A stretch of 63,681 nt of DNA, counting the filler, from Nemertoderma westbladi (taxonomy: Eukaryota > Animalia > Xenacoelomorpha), in the NCBI GenBank assembly GCA_032718475.1. It is 3 parts of 3 records of this genome, joined end to end, with 100 filler letters (N's around TTAATTAATTAA, not from the genome) between each part and the next. Parts side by side here need not be neighbours in the genome. Positions count along the whole stretch, not along the records: positions 1 to 26,162 come from JAUCBJ010005456.1; 2 more parts are not named here. The stretch is one strand, 5' to 3'. The translations under genes and the position numbers were made by a program. Shown piece after piece: positions 1 to 11,553 of this stretch; within the stretch, counting starts at the first letter, position 1; every line of letters starts with the position of its first letter. Below the pieces are notes generated by a model. The model was not told the origin of the DNA and searched no databases. It worked only from the letters and a program-made list of their open reading frames with translations.

Positions 1-86
1 GAGTTGTGGCGGTGCAATTTTGTTGACAAGCCGGCACAGCATTCTTAAAAATGCAGCTGCAATGCAGCATGCCGATCCTAGTAGTA
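1..86 (+). mobile_element. 3' end of an RTE-clade LINE (same family as 6324-6668 and 53967-54968)
   Basis: Near-identical to the 3' end of the other copies (GAGTTGTGGCGGTGCAATTTTG...GCATGCCGATCCTAGTAGTA), with a short (TAG)n tail. Confidence 0.8.
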
Positions 87-280
87 TCTGCTGAGGAGAG
101 GACAGGACAATGTCGCCTGCCGCCTACCAATTCATTAATCAGGACCTCATCAATCTCGTATCATTGTACAGTACATCATTATTTTATTTATTTGATGGAT
201 GAAAAGGTGCACGGAGTGATGGTTATACTAATTCACGTTGTTTATATGTTTACATGTTTATATCACCTGCGTTTATTTAG

Positions 281-376
281 ATTTCTCGAGCGAAGCCAAA
301 AATATCGTACAGTGATAGATTTCGAGGTCCTTCTCAACTGCAGCTTCAAAACCGTCGAATGATAAAAAGGAAACAT
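281..376 (+). CDS. Possible internal exon of an unidentified gene (ISRAKPKISYSDRF...KRKH)
   Basis: TTTAG acceptor, GTTAGT donor, 96 nt open, phase 0-0, compatible with the exon at 1334-1540. No homology recognised. Confidence 0.35.
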
Positions 377-1333
377 GTTAGTCTGTAAATTTATATACAG
401 TATAATTGTGTTGCGGACCTTCTATACTATAGTTTGTTTGTACAGTGCACTGCCAATAATTGTCGCCATCATGCAGTGTCTCATAGTCATTGGTTAACCA
501 ATGATCATTAGTAATACAACAACTCCCAATATATTTCCAATTAATTTCAAAGTTTCGAGTAATAATTACACGCATGTTATTGTTATATTGGGTTGTCAAT
601 GGCAACGCCTATCACTCACTATTTGACTTGTTTGGTTCTGCAATAAAGTTTACTTAAGGCATGGTTTCACCAGCTGATTTTGGTTTGTTGCCCAAATTTT
701 ACGATAAAATTAAATTCATTCTTATACTGCTGTAAAATAGAACACTCCTAGCGTATGGAATACTATCAATAAAAGGTCGACTGTGGTAATAATTGTATCA
801 TCAGAGTCTCAAACAAGGTAATTTAATTTGTATAATATTATAAGTTGGTTTATAATTCAGTAAAATAATGTGATTGGAAATATTAGACATTGCGTATTTA
901 GGTGGGTGTCAAAATCTGCAATATAGACCGTCATATTTTCGTAGTCTCCTTTTTTTTTAAGTATAACCCACTATAACTCGTCTTTTTCTTTTTCGACTTT
1001 CGAATGGGACAACATTTCGGAGATCATTGTGTGAAGAAGACGCTATCAGCGTTAACGATCCTCGTTTAATTTTGTAAAACTGTCGCGTCTCGCGTAGATA
1101 AATGCAATTCTGTGGTAAAGCTGAAACGTACAACGTTTCAAACTATTTTCTCTATTTTTATACTATTTATACTCTATGTTCTATCACTTCGATGATGTTA
1201 AGAGCCATTGGGTAATTTCATTATTTATTGTAAATTGGCGTAATAAAAATGCATTATTATTATTATACTAATTCTAATAAAATACTAATTTTTAAACCAA
1301 ATAATTATGTTGACGTTGTTTGTTTTCACTCAG

Positions 1334-1540
1334 TCGGTTCACAACACAACGGCTATGATTGTTTTTGAGAACGAGGTGCTGTTAAACCGAATAGCCCGAT
1401 CTATTCGCTCCCAACTGTACCAGGACGGTAACTGGAATGCGAGTTACCGAAAGTTTGTGAAGAACAGGAGGAAAGATAAACCGCAGATCATTCGAGATTA
1501 CCATGTTGTACCGCAGTATAGAGTCCACGCCTGGCAAATG
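1334..1540 (+). CDS. Probable internal exon of an unidentified gene (SVHNTTAMIVFENEVLL...VHAWQM)
   Basis: Pyrimidine tract plus CAG acceptor, consensus GTAAGT donor, 207 nt open (69 codons), higher GC than the flanks. Confidence 0.55.
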
Positions 1541-2421
1541 GTAAGTTAAATCAGTGAGACTTTGGGGGGGGGGGGGGGGGCTTTTATTAGGACCTACAGT
1601 CCAAATGGGTGTTTCTATTGTGAAAAACTACCCAAGATAATTCTGAAAGCATTGTGCATTATACTGTAGAAATAACAGTACCATCAAATTTAAAAGCGAT
1701 GTTGTTAAGATAATATTGAAATATCAAATACATACAATGCATTTTACTAAATTTGAGAAAAGTATACATTAAAACGGCTTTAAATTGTACAGGGTATAGG
1801 CCTATCTACTGTATTCCGATTCTGTACTTCAAAGATGCCCCATAAAGTTAATACAGAAGGAGATTAACACATAATGTTCTGGAATTCCTCAAATTAATTA
1901 ATTTAACTAACTCGTACTTTTACAATTATTACATTACAGTACCAACATTGAAGAAAGTTTGCTGGATATACATACAGTATATTACTAAACAACATTTGGA
2001 TGTGCCATCTTTCAGTAAAGTTACGATGCCATTTTAATGTCAGAGTTTCAAAAAATGTTTATAATACAGTATATGATGAAACATGAATGCACAAACAATT
2101 TTATTATCGGCCTATATTGTGAAGTTATTTTCATGTAACAATGTGATTTGAAAGGAATTGTTGGACAATAAGATACAAAATTTACTAATTGTTAATAAAA
2201 TCCATATTCATGGCCGGAAGGGAGGGGGGTCAGAGTTCCTTATTACATATTTGCCCCAATGTCCCTCTCGTCAATCCAAGGTGTAGACGGGACATTGGGG
2301 AACTTGTTTAGTACCAAAAATATTTCAAATTTGATTTACACCCAGCAATATATATCAAAGAATAAACAACAAATGTTTCAGTTTTCCAAAATACGCGGAT
2401 GTTAATATTATTGCACGATAA

Positions 2422-3340
2422 TGGGGTTCACGACTCAAATTCAAAACCAGATTAATTAGATGCAATAATATCACAGAAACACAATGGTGTTTACATAATT
2501 CAATAAGATGCTAAAATAGCCGAGATATTGATTGGTCTTTTCAGTTTAAAAATTATTCTAAATTTGAAAACGATTTGTGATTGGTCGTGACGTCACTGTA
2601 CGCCCCGGAATCCCATTGATATCAACATTCAGATACCCAATTCTATCTTTGTATAAATTAGGAAGTTTGTTAGATACGTACTAAAATGTAGAACGATCTA
2701 TAACGGGCTATAACGATCTATAACGGGCTATAACTTCCCCATAACAAGCTATAACCACCTATAACGAGCTATAATCTGAAAATTTACAATAAAAAAACCT
2801 ATTTTAGAATGGATTTATTATCCTAGTCAGTAATTTAATTACCCAATTTGGTTTTTTAGTCCATAATGCTTTTTCATCTTTGTGGTATTACGAAATCAGT
2901 CATTACTGCATTAGTTAGCATGCCACTCGCATTATCTGACTTACAGACAGTGCAGCAGAGGAGAGGTCTCTCATCTCTCTGTCTATCCTCCATCCTGCTA
3001 TCCGCTGTCAGCTTCTGGTCGATATAGAATACAGGAATATAGTGAGCAATATAGGCCAATAATAAAAACTTACCAGTATCAATTAGGTATAGGCAGATAG
3101 GCCTACCCTAATTTTTAACCTGCGGTATTTTTCAGACCACCGTGTTAATCCAAACGTTAAACACACCCAAGGGGCATTTTTTTAATGTAAATTTTCATAT
3201 TATAGCTCGTTATAGGTGGTTATAGCCTGTTTATAGGAAATTATAGCCCGTTATAGCCCGTTATAGATCGTAATAGTTTGTTACGCAGGTACTGCTACAT
3301 TTAGTACTGTAGTACAGTGCAGCAGTTACCGGTACAAGCA
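2422..3340. repeat. Dispersed repeat (second copy at ~53875-55210), here interrupted by a MITE
   Basis: 2422-2670 and 3284-3340 match 53875-53966 plus 54977-55210. Confidence 0.75.
2673..3274. mobile_element. MITE with ~90-100 bp inverted arms and a 9-bp TSD (Mutator-like)
   Basis: 2693-2790 is the inverted complement of 3186-3272. AGTTTGTTA flanks it at 2664-2672 and 3275-3283. It is absent from the paralogous repeat near 55135. The left end carries about 20 nt not matched on the right. Confidence 0.65.
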
Positions 3341-4199
3341 CTCCAGCACTGTATACTTGCTTGTTTATATGGCGAACGGAGAGTACCCGGAACAACGGCA
3401 ACGGCAAGAAGGAGCGAATACAGTATTCACAGTTTACGCAGTACTGTAATTAAAATAACATTATATTTTACTTTTGTACATAAAAAAGATTTAACATATC
3501 AGTATTAAATATTGCAATATACAGTATTTATGGATCATGAGTTTATAATATTAATAAATTATAATATAAATATTTACTATTACTTAGTATAACATATTAA
3601 AGGTTCAAAACAACGCGATTTAATAACTATTTACATATTTGTGTGTAAAGTAGCACTTTATAGTGTGATGATCCGAGTGGCTTTGTTACACGAACGAACG
3701 TTAGTAAATAATAAGTAAATAAAGCCACGAGAATTTTTTATTCCAAAATTTTAACATTACGAAATGATTGTACATATACATTATAAGTGATAGAAACTGC
3801 ACAAATTACATTAGTTGCTGTATAAATAAATGTAAAAATTACATAAATTTTGTTATAAATAAGTTAGCTTATATTTATGGTGGCGTTTGGAGCCATGTTA
3901 ATAATTTAGCTACTGGTTATTATTAGCTATACCCCGCCTACCGGTAGGTAATGCAGTATGCCTATCTGGCTGTCAGGCAAATTTCCACCTATTGTTTACG
4001 TGGTAACCATGACGGCGTTAAGTAATGTCCACTAGGGGGACACTGCCACGGCCACCATTTCAGCTTCGACTCCAACTGATGTTGTTATTTTTGGAGACAT
4101 CACAGAAAATTTGCGTGGGATCTGCATCGGACTTTGGGGCAGGCCATTGTTTCCCTTGCACTTTGTTTTACTTAGACCGGGGTGCACAGCTTTCTGGCT

Positions 4200-6130
4200 C
4201 AGGGTTCAATGATTGAAAGAATACTACCCATTATTTGAAGAGTCATGAAATCAGCCCGAAGCATATCGGATCGGTGCTGACATTATGTCAGCGCAGCGTT
4301 GCTGTTGGTCGAGTTGATGAGCAACTACTGTACATAAAAATATGCTGGAGCAGCGCCACTATTGGAAAAATGTACTGATACGTTGTGTTGCCACCATTGT
4401 TTTCCTCTGTGATACGGGTCTGGGCCGTCTGGCCCTTAGGAGCAGTAATGAAATTGTTGGGTCTTCTGTAGCAGCAATGGCAATTATCCAGGTATCCTGG
4501 AGTTGATTGGACAATTTGATCCGTTTTTGTCGCAACATATTATTGACCATGCCAATCGGGGTCGGAGTCACACGTCATATTTATCAAAAACCATATGTGA
4601 AGAATTAATATCAAAGATTGGGCACATGAAGGACGAGATTTGTAAATCGCGGTATATTTCCTTTTCCACCCCGGACATTTCTCATACAGTCATACAGACC
4701 AGCTCAAGATTATAATCTGCTTCATCAACACGAGAAATTACCAGCCTGTAGCGCGTTTTCTTACATTTATAAATATTTCAAGTCATACAGGCTGACAGGT
4801 CAGAATCTTGCTGATAAAAAAAAACTTAAAAAAACTTAGTTGAATACATTCCTTGTGCTGCACTCTCTTTAAACATTGTTGGTCAGTTGGCTGTAGACTG
4901 TTGTATTGAAGTGGTTTATTTTTTTCTATTGGTACAGCGATTGTATACTTTCTTTTGGGAGTCTTGCAGACCTTTGTAGAACAGGTAACTGGTTGTCTTG
5001 TACTAAAACATCCATCGGATACCAGGTGGTCTGCTCGAGCAGATGCCACTGAAGCTCTGTACACGGGGAACCGTCAGTTTCAGGGTGCTCGTTAAGAAAT
5101 CGCTGGTGATGACTTCCAGAATGGGGACACACGGAATAATGAGGCAGATTCGTTAGAGAAGCATATGGACACCATTGAAGTTGCTCTGATGTGTGAACTT
5201 TGGAATGATATTTTGCACCGCTTCAACAGCTGCAGCAAGTTGCTCCAAAGTGCAAGGATTGAACTAACACCAGCCATTAGGTCTGCTTACGAGGTTGCAT
5301 GCTTTCCTGGATGAATGCAGAGAGAAATTTGACGTTTACCAGCAGAAAGCCATGGATCGCTGTGGGAATGAATACAAATAACTCATACAAAATTGAAACC
5401 CGACGGGCACCCAGGCACGCAAGAAGCATGTTGGTGATAGAGCTGATTCAAGGTCAACACCTTCCATGTAATTATTGATAAATTGCAGAGTGCGTTGCAG
5501 AAACTCATTGATGCATATTATTCATTTGTGTTGGAGCGCTTTGGTGTTCTATCGGAGTTTACCACCATGTCTGATAAGGATATCGATACTGCTATCGCCA
5601 GACTTGTCAAAGTCCATCCAAACGACCTCTTATCCGATTTTCCCTCTGTATTTCGGCAGTTTATCAACTGGTATAAACTGCAGGATAAGGCGGAACACGA
5701 TGGCGACGATGGAGTAATGTCAACCGGAAGCGCCCAGACATGACCTACTATAATATTATAGTAGGTCATGGCCCAGAATATTTTCCGACTGCTCCATATA
5801 CCACTGGCGTTCATCAAGCGTTTCCAAACACGGAGAACGCACGTTTTCCCATCTCACAATAATAAAGGATTTGAAAAGATCAACAATGCATCAGCTCGTC
5901 TGCTTGTTGTGTTGGCACTCATGTACATTGAATGCGAGTTACTACGTGAGATTGACTTCAGTGCTCTAATAAACGAATTTGCAGCAGTGAAAGTTTGTAA
6001 AAGGTAATATTTTAACAATCTTACAAAGTATTGTGAATTTATCTGTTAATCAGCACTTGTTTTCTAAGTAGTTACCGTATAATAATACTTAAAATTAATT
6101 CGGGGGATTAACGTGTTTGGGGGCCTCCAC
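4200..6130 (+). mobile_element. Decayed hAT DNA transposon (ZMYM1/DUF4371-like transposase remnant)
   Basis: Fragmented ORFs with hAT-type motifs: QFDPFLSQHI...SYLSKTICEELI and the C-terminal dimerisation-like RL..LALMYIECELLREIDFSALINEFA. Many stops and frameshifts; boundaries approximate. Confidence 0.7.
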
Positions 6131-6323
6131 ATAATATAAGTAACACACGTCATAAACCAATTGAGGGAAAGGAGCAGGTTACAGAGGCAGACTTTTCTAA
6201 CCAAAGCAATAAACGGCCTCTTTACCAATTGAGGGAAAGGAGCAGGTTACAGAACAATGCACCAGTACTACTGTGCAATAAACTACAGTACCGGTACAGT
6301 ACAGGTCCAGTACAGTACAGGTG

Positions 6324-6668
6324 TCAAGTTCAATGCACACATCTCCAACCAGACACTATATAACATTGGAGGTGTCTCATTGGTTCCCCCAAGCTTGACA
6401 CTAGAACAAAATCGCCTCCGCTTTGCAGGACATTGCTTTCGCCGTGAGGACCAGCCAGTGCATAATCTTGTACTTTGGCAGCCTCATGGAGTGAATAAGC
6501 ATGGTGGACAGCCCATGACTTTCTTTCTTAAAGGACACTGGCCTTGAAGATGCGGAGATCTAGCAAATGTCATGGGTGATAGGGAGTTGTGGCGGTGCAA
6601 TTTTGTCGATAAGCCGGCACAGCATTCTTAAAAATGCAGCTGCAATGCAGCATGCCGATTCTAGTTCT
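6324..6668 (+). mobile_element. 5'-truncated RTE LINE (3' end only)
   Basis: Encodes the RTE C-terminal motif RLRFAGHCFR...VLWQP. 15-bp TSD AGTACAGTACAGGTG at 6309-6323 and 6669-6683. Confidence 0.8.
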
Positions 6669-6789
6669 AGTACAGTACAGGTGAAGGCCCTGAAATACGT
6701 TAGTCCTTAATTCGGTGCAATGTACTGACTACTGATACGAACTTGGATACTTTATATTGTGAATAACGGTAATTTATATACACCTGTTA

Positions 6790-8177
6790 ATGTTAAAGGA
6801 TGCTTACACAGTAGAAGTTCAAAACCGCTTTGAAGCACTTCAGTCAATGGATGAAGACCAGTCCACCGATTCAATATACCAGAATATAATAACAGCCCAC
6901 AAGGAATCAGCTAAGAGGCATATCCCCCAGAAACCCAAACGAAAACAGTACGTGCCATGGCAAAACTCTGAGGTTACTTGTAAGAGAGAAGATCTTAAGA
7001 TAGCCTACAAAGTTAAAACGGAACAACCAACAACAGAAAACATTAACAAGGTTGAGAAAGCTAAGGACGATCTTAAATTGGCCTACAACATCAGCCAGGA
7101 AAAGTACATACAGGATAAAATTGAAGCAATTACAACTGCTCACATACAGCAACAGTCAAGACTTACCTGGCAAACTGTAAATGAGGTATCTGGTCGGAAA
7201 AGTTGTGCAAAGGGGCGCCTCAAAGCCGATAGTCCTGAAGAACGTGTTGGGAAGTGGAAAAATCACTTCAGCAACTTGCTTGGGCAGCCACCAAACATCG
7301 AGGTCCACCCTATAAGGAAAATATATGACAAGACACTACCTATAGAAACAGGGGACTTCACACCTGCCGAACTCCAAAGAAGCATTAAAAGCATGTCCAA
7401 TAATAAAGCGAGTGGATTAGATGAAATCCCAGCAGAGGTATGGAAAACAGGACTGCTAAACAGACCATTATTGAATGTTTGCAACCGGATGTTAAAAGGG
7501 GAAAAGCCACCACCAATTTGGACTAAAGGTCAATTAAAGCCTCTCCCCAAGAAAGGAGACCTCGGTATACCAACAAACTATCGTGGGATCTGTCTGCTTG
7601 TGGTAGCTGCCAAAATATACCATAAAATGATTCTATATAGGATTAGGCCTCACATAGAGAAACTACTGCGTAAGAGCCAAAACGGATTTCGACCAAGTAG
7701 ATCAACAATAGCTCAGATACTTGCACTACGGAGACTGATTGAAGGAATTAAGTCAAAGAATCTCCCCGCAGTCATGACTTCTGTGGACTTCAAGAAGGCA
7801 TTCGACTCCATCCATAGAGGCAAAATGCTTGAAATCCTAAGAGCTTATGGAATACCAGAAGTAATTGTTGCTGGCATTGGATTGTTATATTGTGAAACAG
7901 AAGCGCAGGTACTCTCACCAGATGGTGAAACTGAGTTTTTCTCAATCCTGGCTGGGGTACTGCAAGGTGACACATTAGCACCATTACTATTTGCAATTGT
8001 GCTGGATTACGCAATGAGGACAGCCACAAAGGGTGAAGACCTGGGATTCACACTTCAAGAACGCAGAAGTAGTAGATATCCGGCAACTACAGTCACAGAC
8101 ACCGACTTTGCGGATGACATCGCCCTGCTCTCTAATACCCTAGCAGATGCACAGCTTCTACTAAATAAAGTGGAGAG
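6790..8177 (+). mobile_element. RTE-clade LINE reverse transcriptase, 5' part (interrupted by LTR element 1)
   Basis: Non-LTR RT motifs KASGLDEIP, NYRGICL, QNGFR, DFKKAFDSI, GVLQGDTLAP, FADD. The frame resumes at 20463 once the LTR element and one TSD copy are removed (KVE-R-AAKEVGLHIN). Confidence 0.93.
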
Positions 8178-9363
8178 TGTAAAAGCTTTTGCGGAATTAG
8201 CCGGTTATTTTCCCCGTAAAGTACTCTGTAGTTGGTTTAACAGGCATAAAAGGCCGTATCCTTACTGTACTGGTGTTTTGGGGGACATGGGAAGCCATTT
8301 CTTCTGTATGTGTACTTTAGCGGACATAATTAGCAATTCTATGACGCAATGCGCTAGATCCTCTTGAAACAGTGTAGTTACTATGACGACAGCTAACAGC
8401 TGAGCTGTACACGTGTAGCTTTTCCTTGTTCTCTGGTGTTTCTTTGTTCGGTCAACCAATCAGAGCGATTCTCCTGCTTTTTGTACAGAAACCTCCGGGA
8501 AATCGCGCAATGCATTATGGGTCAATGTTTACATTTTGTCCTGAGCCCAGAAGATCGGCTTTTGGAATCTCTGTGTTTTCAGTCTTTAGCCCAACATTAG
8601 TAGGCTTAATTATAGAACGTATATCTGTTATCAAACTAAACTCATCTCACAACTCACTCACCTAATCATATTGTCAACTACAAACACCGCATTTTTACTG
8701 CTATTTACTGTCGGTTATTCATTATATCTGTTGATGGAATATTATTATATTGGAGAATATCAATCAATAATCAGACACCCCAATCTTCTTGATATACTGA
8801 AGGTTAGAGAGAGCGGTTACATATAACGATTGCGACTTACATTAAAGTGGTTTTGAAGTGAATCTAATGCTATTTCATAGGCCCTACATGTATTGGTTGT
8901 TGTTCTCTTTATATGTGACTAGAATTAGTGAAGGTCGGCAGATCGGTGTGCAGCATTGTGCAGTATTGTGTATGATTGTGACTGATAACAAAGCATCTCC
9001 TAAAGAATGCGCCATATACGTGAATCTATAGCCATCCCGTTGTGTCTAGTTTAAGTCATAACTCTGTTTACATATTTAGAGCGCCACGTCCTAAAGGAAC
9101 TGTTAATATTTCCCGAAAGTGAATAATATTTGTCAGAGATTATATATTACGATCAGTCGAATAATAGAGTAGGCCTACACCGCAATACGGTTAGGCTTCC
9201 GAATCCAGTCTCCCGGGTATATCCAGCGGGTGAATGATCGCGCATAGACTGGCTTCGGCTAATGTAGTGTATCAAATACTCGTCATAGGCTAAAGACTAT
9301 CTATTATCTAGAAGACATCCCAATTTGGCAGGTTAAACTGCTAAAGGTCTGAAAGCGCGAACA
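8178..9363 (+). repeat. 5' LTR of element 1
   Basis: TGTAAAAGC...GCGCGAACA. About 9 substitutions versus 19272-20457 by eye (~99% identical). Confidence 0.96.
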
Positions 9364-9384
9364 ATAACAGATACAGCTTCTGTA
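9364..9384 (+). promoter_or_regulatory. PBS position of element 1: non-tRNA, complementary to LTR 8611-8631
   Basis: ATAACAGATACAGCTTCTGTA has no TGG. The first 10 nt are the exact reverse complement of 8622-8631; 18 of 21 positions pair, including one G-U. Confidence 0.75.
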
Positions 9385-9641
9385 TTGCAGTAGGCAATAA
9401 CGCTGAAGTACCGGACAACCGGTACCTAGTAGGCCTGACTACCTAACCACCCGGACCGGTACCTACAGCAGTACAGGTACAGCAGTATTATTCGATTTTG
9501 ATAATTATATACCGGTAGGCCTTAATAATTAATCAGGGACTGCAGCCCTGGTTTTTTATTGAGATTTTACTTATTTCTGTCAGTTTTATTTACTTGTAGG
9601 TTAATATTGAGCAGAAGACGTGTAAGCCTGCCCAGATTGTA

Positions 9642-10225
9642 CAGATAATTTGTAGGCTGGACTGTTGTCTGACTGTTGTTAAGTCTGAAGGGACTGTAGT
9701 GTGTGTAGAGTGTATGTCCGATAAATTACTAGTTAGGAAAGTAGGGGCTTCCAGTGCTGTGAGGTAAACCCCCTCGAAAGAATAAGTCGTACTACTCGGT
9801 TAGAACGCATACTAACTAACCATTTCGGAGTCTGCATATACTGTAGTTTGTTTAGGCTTGATAGTAGTCTGCCAGCGTTTGGTCTGTATTTTGTTTGTGT
9901 AGTTTGTACGGGTAGCGTAATATTTCTTATTCAGATAATTTGTAGGCTGGATTGTTGTCTGGCTGTTGTTAGGTCGGAAGAGATTGCGGTGTGTGTAGAG
10001 TGTATGTCCGATAAAGTGCCAGTTGGGAACGTAGGGGCTTCCAGTGCTGTGAGGTAAACCCCCTCGAAAGAATAAGTCGTACTACTCGGTTAGAACGCAT
10101 ACTAACTAACCATTTCGGAGTCTGCATATACCGTAGTTTGTTTAGGCTTGATAGTAGTCTGTCAGTATTTGGTCTGCATTTTGTTTGAGTAGTCTGTACG
10201 CGTAGCGTAATATTTATTATTCAGA
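9642..10225 (+). repeat. ~290-bp tandem duplication in the long 5' leader of element 1
   Basis: CAGATAATTTGTAGGCTGG recurs at 9642 and 9932. The same duplication is present in element 2 (~22540-23115). Confidence 0.85.
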
Positions 10226-11553
10226 GTTTATGCGATTATTCGCAACATTCATATCCCCAAGTTTACTCCTACAGTAATTGTGCTTGTTATATATACCGTT
10301 ATAGTTAAATTAACCCCGGTACTACATCAGGGCTGCTTGGCGTAGGTAAAGACTGGTGATTTTGTGCCCCGGTCACTCCAGCAGATACCGTGGTTCTTTT
10401 AGCTGTACAAGTATTTCTAACTACTGATTATTTGTTGTATAAGTACTTGTACCTAATTTAGGGTTTAGTGTACAGTGCTTTCCGAAGGCAATTAGTGTGT
10501 AGGCAGTATATTTGTGTTGTAAAGTGGTTAATAGGCACGTTGGTTCTGGTAGACCGCGGTAATTAACTTCTATGTAGGAACACTCCGTGATACATAACGT
10601 AGTACTTATAGCGATACGGCTATAAGTCGTCAGACGGTGGTATTTTCCTATCTGGACAACGCAATATATTTACTACTGCTTGTTATTTTCAAATACTGTA
10701 GTATCCTGTTCGTTGTAATAACCAGATAATCTAACCCTTTGTTAGACTGGTTTGTAGACTTCTTATAAAATTACCCTAAAAAATTCGTACTTGTAATTTT
10801 TGTGTTTATTTAGAGATTGTAATCTCACCCCGAATTGTATGTAATTTGTAGTATTAAGTAACTTAGGTAAATTAGAATTACTTGTTTTAGTGTCCAACAA
10901 GTAGCACTTCACTGAGAGTGTACAGCTTCTGTGCAGTGACTCCTTCCCAGAAATAATAACATTTATTTCAAATATTGACAAAAACCCATTAAAACGGGTA
11001 TATATATTATAAATCAACTCAAACAGATTTATAAATAGTAGGCCTGCCATACAACAATTAGGTCTTAATATCAGTTGGACTACTGCTCAAATAACGGTAA
11101 TAAAGTAAGTAAAGTAACCAAGTAACCCCTAAAAATTCAGAAATTCAATTATTTAAAATAATTGACATACCGGTATTCGCGATAGACTTATTATATTTAT
11201 TTCTATAAATTTAGGCTAAATTATATACCGGTATTCTGTGATTAATTCTAGTCTGTAATTATACTTATATATATACATTATAAGTGTAAGCTGTATACCG
11301 GTATTCACGATAGGCCTATTATATATTTATATATATTTGTGCTGAAATTACATACCTGTATTCTGTGACAAACCTAGTCTGTAATAATACTTATATATAC
11401 TATAAGCATACCGGTATTCTAATATATTATATATATATCAAGTTACATTCAGTGACGATATCGGTAATTAATTACTAGGCTAACAGTGATACTGAATTAC
11501 TAGACTTGCTTTAACTGTAATATAGCAGTAGACATTCAACTGTACAAACAAAC

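Noticed and set aside
8178-8367. C-terminal ~60 aa of the 525-aa RT ORF
   Set aside because: Read-through into the LTR; the true RTE frame resumes at 20463.
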